A program made the translations under genes and the position numbers. A stretch of DNA of 64,000 nt, taken from Camelus ferus. Lineage: Eukaryota. How positions within the stretch are numbered: position 1 is the first letter of the stretch; every line of letters begins with the position of its first letter. The stretch is from positions 52,516,001-52,580,000 of the forward strand of contig NC_045697.1 in assembly GCF_009834535.1 (NCBI RefSeq). Reading direction: 5' to 3'. This document shows positions 54,430-64,000 of this stretch, piece after piece. Below the pieces are notes generated by a model, which saw only the letters and a list, made by a program, of their open reading frames with translations, did no database searches and had not been told where the DNA came from.

Positions 54430-54615
54430 CAAAGAATATCAAACTGGAAATCAGGAATCCTTTCTGGTCATACCACTGCCATCAATGAGCTATTGGACCT
54501 TGAGCATGCTCCTTAACTATTCGGGACCTCAGTCTCACCATGTATGTAATGAGAGGCTTAAATTGGGTAATCCCTAGAGGCTGTTCCACTGCTAACCTTC
54601 CTTGAGTCTGTGATT
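54430..54615 (+). mobile_element. MIR3/MIRc-like SINE
   Basis: gaccttgagcatgctccttaactattcgggacctcagtctcaccatgt. Confidence 0.65.
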
Positions 54616-55651
54616 ATACTGAATAGAGTATTGAAAAAGGAACTCTTGGAGCTGGGGGAGAAAAAAGATCTAACTGAAGTTCAAGAAGTCATTTGGCTGG
54701 GGATAAGGTTTTTCACGAAAACTTTTTCTACCCAATCAGCAGAATAGAGACTTAGAACTGGGACAAACTAAGAAAAAATAAGACATACTTGGAGAGAACA
54801 TTTTAGAAATACTCAAATGTTCACACTAGGAAAGAGCTAAAATGAATGTCAGCTACAGTGCCATTCTCATTTTTCTTTTTTCGTTTGCAAAAGTTTCTAA
54901 AAACTGGTTGTTGAAATGATAAAAATAAACCCAGCCCAGTAAAGATTGCCTTGAAGAGAAGGGCATGAGGAAAAAAGATTGTGAAATGCTTTCAGTTCTC
55001 TAGATGGAAGGAGCTGCAAAACTGACAAGTGGTATTATTTTTACAAAATCTGATAAGACAGGGAAAAAAAGGAACTCAAAGTTCTACATCTTTTTTATTT
55101 GTTTTAATTGGGAAACTTTTACTTTCACTTTATATCCAGCCTAACTTCTGAATGTGGGAACCACCATTTCTGAAGTAATGTAAAAGCATCTTTTTTGTTT
55201 TTTTGGTTTTGAATTGCAAATGGGAAATTGCCAATGGAAATTGCAAGAAAGATGAGATAATCTATGGATTTCCTTTTACATTCTGGAATTATTATTCCTT
55301 GATGACCACGTTAAGTGCCACAGACAATACCACACACCCACATGCAACACACATCCCTGCAGTGTGTCTGATATAAATGCTGTGGCTTCCTTTCCACAGT
55401 AACTCCTCGGGTATATCTAAAAACACCATAATTCACAGGGGTGTTCCCTTAAACTGGAAGGATTAAAACAGTACTATTAAGAAAGAGGTTCCAAAATATT
55501 AAAGGACCTTCTCTAGTCAAGAAAGAGGTTCCAACCAAGGAATGCAGAATGGTACATGAATGGGTGAGCATTTAAAAGAAAATATCTGATCCTTGGAATG
55601 AAGTTGGAGGCATCCAAGTGAAAAAAGAAGCCCCCCCACTGCCACCCTCCA

Positions 55652-55693
55652 ACACAGACACACATACAAACACACACATACACACACACACAC
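55652..55693. repeat. Imperfect (CA)n microsatellite
   Basis: acacagacacacatacaaacacacacatacacacacacac. Confidence 0.85.
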
Positions 55694-56593
55694 GCCAACT
55701 CGACTACTACAAAGCACAGTGACATTCTCCTCACAGGATGTGTGCCAATGAGAAATTTATCATGTCTAACCATTTGCAAGCAAACTGTTCTCATGGGAAA
55801 GCGATATTATACTGGGAAGTAGGAAACGTCTCAGAAACAATGTGAATTAAGAAACAGTGTCAATTGTTTCCTGCGCTCCAGTTACTGAGGGAGTCCTGCA
55901 GCTTTATCTCAAGTCACACAACATACGTAAGCAAAGCCCAACCAATTTCTTTACTAAATCAAACACTGAAAGCTTGGTTGCCTTCGTTCAGGAAATGGGA
56001 AAACATCATGAAAAAAATTAAGAGGCTGAAAAAAAAATGTTTTAACCTGTCACGTTAAATACTTCCTTATGAAATAATGATGCCTAAGCCCCCAAAATGG
56101 CAGTTAAGCTACATGAGTCATATTGATGTCATACAGAAAATTTTTTTTAATGTATTTACCCAAATCTGCACTGCATATTTGATAATTCCTTTAGAAGACA
56201 GTTTATAGGGGCTGGTAAGATTTTAAGGTAAGATTGCTGGCTATGAAGTGCTGTTGTGGTCAACCTGACAAAAGAGTTAGGCCGATTTGGGGAGTGACAT
56301 TCCCGAGCCCATGGAGAGGAATGTCCTTTACCTTCTGGAACCTAACTGGAGTTGTCATCACCACAGAAACGGGGCCACTTTACTCCCATCGTGATCACAG
56401 GCTTCCTCTCTGCCTTAGGAATAAGATTCAGCTCATGCCCATCTCTGCCAGCTCCTCCCTCAGGCGCCCCACCCCACCCCAGGCCCGCTCACTTTCCCAC
56501 AGGTGGGGAAGCTTCCAGACACGATGCTGCACTACAGGGCCCAGGTACCAAGTGCAAATGTGGTTCCTTCTCAGACGTCCCCAGTTTCAGACA

Positions 56594-56800
56594 TTTTTTA
56601 TCAGCTTTATCAATGTATAATTCATCACATGCCATAAAATTCACTCATTTTAAGGGTACATATTCAGTAATTTCTACTATAGTTTCAGAGTTGTGCAACC
56701 ATCAACATAATCCAACTTCAACTTCAAAACATGTCTACCAATCCAAAAAGATCCCTCATGCCCATCTGCAGTCCCTCTCTGTACCCCTGAAAACCACTCA
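56594..56800 (-). mobile_element. L1MB-like 3' end
   Basis: cagctttatcaatgtataattca...ccataaaattcactcattttaag...gagttgtgcaaccatca. Confidence 0.82.
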
Positions 56801-58494
56801 GGCATTTTTTTATACTCTCAGTGATGGCCTCTGGGAAGTTACAATTCTCTGGTACCCACACAGCTGTGAACTTTTGGGAGGATCCTCACAGCGCACAGTC
56901 AAATAGAACATGCCTCGAATGAGGAAGATCTACCCTTCCAAGAGCTGCCAGAGGAAACCAGGGCACTGAGCTGAGCCATTCAAAATGCAAAGCATCCTCC
57001 TCTTCCTCTCGTACACTACTGCTAACTACATTTTCCTTTTCTGCCCATGTCCAGATAAAGGAAGAGGAACATGGTCCCAAAGGTAAACAAACCTTTTGGA
57101 CCTTAAGGACCTCAGGGATAGTGCTTGTGTTTCATCGATGATTTCTCAACCTCTTTTCATTTCAGTAGCTTTGCCCACAGAGGAGAGGAAGACAGCCTCA
57201 CTTTGGTAAGTGGTGGAAAGGTCTGCTTTCTCAAAATGATGACCAAGGAGTTCATAAGCTGTATATGCTACTCACCAAAAATACCAAAAGTAAATGAGCT
57301 GGAATGGAAGCACTCTTACAGCCCACAGAATACCTGTCTTTAGAATCAACAGAAGTCACATTACTGATAAGAAATATATATATATATATGCCATTGTTGA
57401 TAAGAATATCATGGGTGGAGTGCAGTATTTATATTCATTAAAATATCTTTACCTGTCTCAGAGATAAGTCATGAAGATTGATGGCTATTTTAAAAACTAC
57501 AACTCCCACAATGACAGCCAGCTCTTGGGAAAGCCATAGAGGTTGAGAGCACAGTATTATTTTACATGTAAAATGAAAAGGAGAAACTTGATAGACAAGC
57601 TTTCCAATTCAGCAAGAGTCTACAAAACAGTAAGACACTCAGAGAATCAGGGACAGTTGCCGGCTTAACTTATAAGGGAATTTTAGGATTAAAAAAAAAA
57701 AAAAACTCTGTTAGAAATGTCAGTAAAAACTGCTTCCAAAGATAATATTAAAGAAGAAAAAGCAAAACAAATTTAATAGCTATAATTCATAAGGAAATGG
57801 CAACTGTTTTCAAAATGTTACTAAAATAAAGGCTGCATTCTTGCTACTCAAAATTTTGTAAAATAAAACTACTGGAATCTACATTTGACAGTGTTCATTT
57901 ATGTATAAGTCAAAGGGCATTCAGTCCTTGATTTGGCAGTGGCCTCCGTATCATGTGTTCAAATAAATACCCCGCATGCCTTTCTCTGACAGACGGTGCA
58001 AGTTCCCAACAAACTCTAAATGTTTTGGGAATCTCACAATCCACCCCACAGCCAATACTACTGGGAAGAAAACATGGCTTCCCTGGTTATCTCTGAATGT
58101 CAGAAATTATCACCAGGTGATCCCTGTTTCTTCCCATCCTCACGGGCTCCACTTCCGGTGAAAGCACAGGTCCTGCGATGCTATCATGTCCAGTTCTCCC
58201 AATTCCCAGGATATTTCCAAACTCAAGGCATGGATAGTTGCTAATCACAATTTCAGGCCAACAGAGAACTCTTACACTTAGTAAACGTAGCCATTCAAGT
58301 TAAAGAGGCTTCCCCAGATACCCACTTCGCTACCAAGGATGATTCAGGACCTTGTAGAATTAGACGCATCAAACCAGCCAAACTAAAATTTCTGCAGCAG
58401 ACAGAGTGGTTAACAACATATGCCTCTTCATGCAAGATAGATCATGAGCTCCTTTAGGAAACAGGGCTCTGTGTTTATACACATACAGAAGAGA

Positions 58495-58665
58495 GCAGCC
58501 ATTTATAGAATTCTTACAAACGTGCCAGGTTCCGGCTTGGTCTCCCATATCTATGATCTCAGGCAGCCCTCACAATGGCACAAATCAAATACTGCTATTA
58601 TCCCCACCATACAGGCAAAGAAGCCAAGGGTCAGGGAAGTCAAGGATGTTGTCACCAGCTAACTC
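58495..58665 (-). mobile_element. MIR SINE
   Basis: ccatttatagaattcttacaaacgtgccagg...tactgctattatccccacc. Confidence 0.65.
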
Positions 58666-58721
58666 AAAATCTGCAAGAGGAGTATCTCTCAGGTCTCAAC
58701 ATCCAGAATACTGAGTGTTTC

Positions 58722-58830
58722 GGGGGGAGGGGTATAGCTCTGTGGTAGAGCACATGTTTAGCATGCACAAGGGCCGGGTTCAATCCCCAGTACCTCCATT
58801 AAAAGAATAAAATGAAATAATTTTTTTAAA
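58722..58830 (+). mobile_element. tRNA-derived SINE (Vic-1-like) with TSD
   Basis: ggggggaggggtatagctctgtggtagagcacatgtttagcatgcacaagggccgggttcaatccccagtacctcc. TSD is AGAATACTGAGTGTTT (58705-58720) / AGAACAGTGAGTGTTT (58831-58846). Confidence 0.92.
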
Positions 58831-59124
58831 AGAACAGTGAGTGTTTTATCATTACTTTGTTTTTAGGGGTTTTTTTTTTTCAGTAATATACACTATGTTT
58901 ATACTACCTTACGATTAGGTTTCCTTCCTCATGTTGACTGCTAGAAACAGAAGAGACAAATCTTGGGCCAACCCGTAGTGGGTAGACAGAGTTTCGTGAC
59001 GTGCATTTTAAACACTAACCTCACTCTTTCAACTTTTCAACCATTATTTTCCCTTCATGTTAAACATTTTTGGCATAAAGCAGCATATAAATATTATTCA
59101 AAAGCTGAGATGTCAGCACTGGGC

Positions 59125-59280
59125 GTAGAGGCCGGGGATGACTGGGGGTGGCTGTGGGCGAAGTAGATTTCTAGGCAAAGATTTTACCTGTCCTCCAGTG
59201 ATCCTTTAGGTAGGTCTAAATCTTTGCCCAAAAATCTGCCTTCCCCCACAGCCATCCCCCAGCCATCCCCAGCCTCCTAC
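59125..59280. repeat. Imperfect inverted repeat (65/69-bp arms, 22-nt loop)
   Basis: By hand alignment, 59125-59189 matches the reverse complement of 59212-59280 at 58 of 69 columns. Confidence 0.93.
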
Positions 59281-60960
59281 ATGCATCTCTAATTAAACAC
59301 TAAGGGATGTTCCAAATTTGATTTTTATCCACAGTGTTGCTCTTTCTATAATCAACGGAATTTCTGTTCTCTCCAATTCAAAGCAAAGATTCCATAACAC
59401 CTGGCACTTCATATCATTCTTTCAGAACTAACCAGCCACAGTCCCAAAACGTAAGTTCAATACTGCCTTCCTTGACTTGGCCTTAGGCCAAGAAGCCCAA
59501 AACATGTTCCAGCTATTGCCAGGAAGCACACAGGGGAGGGAGGCAAATTTAAGAGAGATTTACTATTTCCTTTTAATTATAAAAAGGAGAATGGGGAAGA
59601 GGAGGCAGAGCCCCTGGATGAGTGATAGATTATTTAAAAGATGCTGTGAAGACTTCACTTCTTGGACTAAAATAAATCTTAAAGGCTTTTTTTTTAGAAG
59701 TACATGCTTAAGAAACCTTAAACAGAATCATAGTATCAAATCCAGATGCCAAAGAGGTTGTGTGTTTGGCACTTTATGTAATAAGTAATAGATCAGTGTG
59801 TCTAATCCTAAATACTTAAATAAATGAGATACAAATAACTTGTTAGTATATTACTCACAAACTCGAGAGAGTGTCCATAACCAACTCTATTAAGATATAA
59901 TCAAAGCAACACTGCTAATTTGCTTGGGCATAAATACCAGTTCTTGAGAAGAAAACCCACTTCCAAAGGCATGGTGTAATTCTGCAGGTATACAGCGGGT
60001 AAGTCAGCTCTTGGTTAGATGTTTGCATCAGGGTCCACCCTTCAGACATATACAGTGCTCAGGACAAGGAATGATTCTACTTCTGTATTTCGGGTAAGGG
60101 CAACTTTTCATATAGAAAAGAAAATAATGCATGTGTTTATTAATAGATCATTGCATGCTACACATGTAATTTATTTATAGACCATTTTGAATGCTGATTA
60201 GTAATCTATTTTAATATTAATACTACCAGTTACACTTAGGAGCAGGCATGCAAGTGAATAAATAATAAAAGTGATGAAAAACAGGGAAATACTTTTCTTC
60301 CCACTGAACTGCAGGGAATTTTGTTCACTAAAAGCCTCCCAGAAATCCTTAAGGCAACTTGAGGTTCCCCAAGCAAGACTGATAAGAAATCTCAGCTTGT
60401 TACCTGGTGTTTACTGAGCACAGTACTTTTAATATTTAATATTTGATGATGATGATAACAATCTCCAGGCAAGAACAAACAGCACAGGAAAAGGTCTCAA
60501 AGGGGAGTCGAGCTTAAGGTGACTGGGCTAAATGCTTGCCCTTTAGCTCAGGAAAATTGCGCACCTGCCTGTAAGTGCTCATTTTTAGCAAAACAGTTCT
60601 AATCACAGTCTTTAGGTAAAGGCGAGAACCCTAAGACCACTCACTGAAGTAACATTTCCACCACAGTTCCCATCACTAATAGCTGATAACAGAGGCTAAA
60701 ACTGACCAGCTCTGTATCAAGTCTGAAGTCATGAATATTTTTTTAAGAAATACAACTTTATTATATGCAATGATCATCCATTATTTGAAAACATCTAAGC
60801 TAGAACAGTCACTTAAAGGCACTATGGGAACCTACCTTAATGAATCAACAGGACTAAAAATCACTTTATCTTTTATAAACTACAGCCCCTGAAATGCTTC
60901 ACAATCTCTAAAAAGCTGCTTCTCCAAAGTAATTCTAACTTTGCTCTAGCAGAACCTCCT

Positions 60961-61047
60961 TTATATTCATATCTATAGATATAAAATATAATCTATATGC
61001 CTATAGCTATACACTTATATTGAGATTTATATATATTATATACAACC
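60961..61047. repeat. TA-rich low-complexity tract ending in (GA)n
   Basis: atatctatagatataaaatataatctatat...tatatatattatata...gagagagagag. Confidence 0.75.
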
Positions 61048-62804
61048 GTCTATACAGAGAGAGAGAGCTAGGTATCATTCTTATGGACAATCCGAATCCA
61101 ATAATGTCAGCAAAGTGTCTTCCACTGTGACTGCTGCACAAAGGTGCCCCATAAGTGTTCTCATATCTCCCTCCTATTTCCAAAGAGGCAAAAAAGCAAA
61201 GCACTATTTCGCCCCCTCCCACCTACCTCAAGCCCTGATAATAACTGTGAACACCCTCTGATCTCCAGCAGAGGCACTCCAGAGCACTCACCCCGAGCAG
61301 GACAAAACAGCCAACTTTAGACCGAGTCTAACTGGTCCTTGGCTCAGCTGTTTTAGTCAGTATGTAGAGTCTAACTGTGCAGCAGAGGCAACACCTTCCA
61401 TAAGCTCAGTAACTTGACTGCACCGGGCAGAGTGGAGCCAAAAGATCTGGGGAGGCTAGTGCCAGGCAGGGCAGTGCTAAGAGCAAAGAGGAGCCACCCA
61501 GCAGGAAGAGGTGACCCCTCCCTCCACTCATCCTGACACTCTAGAACCCCAAAAGAGCTGGAGAATTTTACCGTGCAGTACACATGCAGTCAGACAAAAT
61601 CCACCTGTGAGCCACAGAGAACTGACAGTTCCCATTAACTCTCCTGTGGTCACCATTTGCACAACGGAATGGGAAGTAGGGTTGGAAGGGAGAAAACAAT
61701 GGCTAATCCAATGGTCATTGACAACCGGATTTGCAGTTGCAGCCGGAGAGGCCGCTTAGAGAGGCACATAAATGCACACATTCACACTCTCATTCTAACC
61801 ACATTGTTCGTCTCCGACTCTATTCTGCCTTCCCTTTCAGCACTGGCCTAAGTCCTGGCCGGCAATAGGAAGAGGAGTCTTTAGTCGCTATAGACAGATA
61901 ATCCACCATATAGTTCGTGCACTCACGGCTGATCAGGTATCAAACGTCTGAACACTAGCTCTCATCATTCCCTCCTCTCACACACTTGTATAGAGGGAAA
62001 TGAGACGTGGATAATGCTGTGGGGCCAAAACAATGACCAAGAACTAGAGAAAGTGCCACAGGAGATTTAAATTAGCCTAGTTAAACCCAATCCCAGAACC
62101 TCAGGACTCTAGTTTTCCACACGCATCCAGAAAAGAGAAGCATGACAGTCACTTCACAGCAGCACCTAATCGTACCTTCAGAGTTGGAATGACCCTTAAC
62201 ATCACCTGGCTCAACCTCTTCATTTATCAATGAGCCAACTAGAGCCAAATAGTTAACACTGTAGAGGCTGGGACTTTTGGTTCTCCTGGTTGGTTATAAA
62301 AGGTTTCCTTTCCCATTTTCCCATTACCTTGGTACCAGACTCCACCTCCCTGGCCCCCATTTTCCACTGTCTGCAAAACACAGACAAGGAAAAAAAAAAA
62401 AGGATTAATCCTTCGGGTTAGCAATCACCTAGAAGACAAAAAGGGCTCAGGAGTTCTCTGAAAATGTCTCTGTCTTATAATCACAGAAAGACAGGTTTAA
62501 ATCCACAACCCTTAGTTCCATAAACTGCCCCAGAATATGAAAATGTTCTGGCTGTGACATCTGTCCTCCCATTGAGCACCTGGGGTCATGCAAACAATGC
62601 AGCCAGCCAGGCTTGTGTCTTCTTTCTCGCTCACCTTCTCCTCAGTTCTCCCAACACCTGTTATTCTTCTCCGTTTAGTTCTTCCCGCTTCCTATTCTCC
62701 CAGGCGCTCCTCCCAGCTCTCATCCATCTCCCTTTCCAAATTCCTTTCCTGCTCCAGAGGAACCAGAACTCGAGCACACTCTTCTGGAATGAGTCCTGCC
62801 CTGG

Positions 62805-62965
62805 GGAAGTCAAGAAGCCTGGCTCCTCATCCTAGTTATCCAATTACTCTCAGTGTTACTGAGAGCAAATCACTTTAACCTCTCCAGGGCTCATCTCTCT
62901 GTCTGTAAGGTGAGAATGTTGAGCTACATTTTCTCTGAGATCCTTTCTAGCTCCAAAAAGTCTAT
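62805..62965 (+). mobile_element. MIR3-like SINE
   Basis: gaagtcaagaagcctggctcc...gagcaaatcactttaacctctcc...ctctgagatcctttctagctc. Confidence 0.65.
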
Positions 62966-63129
62966 AATAATTCTAAATATTTTAACTGGTTACATGTAAT
63001 GGAGCACACACAGAGAAAGGCCAAACGTTTTCTACTACTTCTCCAAGTGCCTTCTCAACTTATGATGACAGTTTTCTCCTTGGAAACTCTACAATCAACT
63101 CCAATTTGACTCTTTCCTAACCATGCCAT

Positions 63130-64000
63130 CCAGATCGCTAACAAAAGCCACCAATCACCTTTTCCTGCCAAATCCACTAACTACTGCTTAACCTCCAACT
63201 ACCTGACTCCAGGTAGCACTCTGCACAGCCAGTCACTGGCTCCTTATTGAAAATGCTCTTCTCTTGGTCTCAGAGACACTGCCCTCTTCCTGGTTTTCCT
63301 CTGACTTCTGTGATTGCTCCTTCTCTACTTTCAAACGTTGGCATAGCAGAGCCCAGTTCAATCCTCATCTCACTCTGTCCTCTCCCCTTGGTAATGTCAT
63401 CCACTCTTATGGCTTAAAATGCTAGCTATCTCCCTAGGGACTCCCAAACTTACATCTCCACCCCATCCTTCTTGTTAGCTCCAGTTTGTGTAGCCAAGTG
63501 CCTGCTTTAGAGTTCTACCTGGATATCTCACAGGGGCCTCAAACTCAAAAAGCTGAACTCCTATCATCCTCCACTACTCTTCCTACAGTACTCCCCATCT
63601 GACGAATGACACACAAATCTCCCAAATCACTCACAGCAGGAATCCAGAAGCAATCATGTCCATCCACCCATCTGTCCATCAGCAAGTCCTGGCAATTCAA
63701 CCCATCTCTTTTGTCTCCACTCTGCTCCAATCTAACATCATCTCTCAGTTGAATCTTAGCAACAGTCTCCCCACCTTTACCTTCGCCCTCTTGGGAAACT
63801 CTCTCCATCCACCAGCCAGAGAGATCTTCTTTAAAATGCAAATTTTTGTCTTGCCACTTCCCTGCTTATAATGCTCTGCAATGGCTCCCCAGCGCACATT
63901 CAAAAAAATTCAAAATTTTTAGCATAGCAAAAAAGGCCACAAATTATCTGGGTTCTATCTACTTGGGGCCACCCTCTCCTGGTTCACGTGGTCCAGCAAC
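63130..64000 (+). mobile_element. L2 LINE (decayed ORF2 3' region; runs off the window end)
   Basis: tgccaaatcca...ctcttcctggttttcctctgacttct...gactcccaaacttacatctcca...cctggatatctcacaggggcctcaaactca...cagccagagagatcttctttaaaatgcaaat. Confidence 0.88.

Larger units (their letters stand above)
54167..64000 (-). other. SLC4A4: SLC4A4 intron upstream of the exon (continues beyond the window end)
   Basis: Ends in the pyrimidine-rich TTAG acceptor. The preceding exon ([24 protein letters not shown]) was not seen in the window. Confidence 0.85.

Noticed and set aside
56352..56906. 184-aa ORF
   Set aside because: Runs through an antisense L1 3' end and has no coding signature.
58729..58798. tRNA gene (also at about 17365 and 32901)
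   Set aside because: A and B boxes are present, but the copies are diverged and have AT-rich tails and TSDs, so they are SINEs.
1..64000. CRISPR array, operon, endogenous viral ORF, numt or processed pseudogene
   Set aside because: This is eukaryotic intronic DNA. I saw no regularly spaced repeat-spacer array and no recognisable viral, mitochondrial or mRNA-derived segment. A BLAST or Dfam search would be needed to exclude highly decayed cases.

Overview
Mammalian (eutherian) genomic DNA, most likely camelid, judged from three copies of a short tRNA-derived SINE resembling Vic-1 plus cetartiodactyl-type L1 3' ends. The window appears to lie inside SLC4A4 (electrogenic Na+/HCO3- cotransporter NBCe1) on the minus strand. 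One 180-nt coding exon (53987-54166) encodes roughly residues 25-85 of the NBCe1-B/C N-terminus. Everything else looks intronic: about 10 kb of the upstream intron and about 54 kb of the large downstream intron. The introns are full of old MIR, L2, L3/CR1, MaLR and MER5 relics, 5'-truncated L1s and microsatellites. All other ORFs in the track look spurious. I found no convincing new gene or multi-gene system. The most unusual unexplained items are a ~156-bp imperfect palindrome at 59125-59280 whose mismatches mostly become G-U pairs in the SLC4A4 sense RNA, a 24-bp tail-less insert between perfect 16-bp direct repeats at an L1-endonuclease-type site (55479-55534), and a 114-nt pure-purine tract grown from a SINE tail. 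Repeat boundaries and subfamily names were assigned by eye and are approximate.
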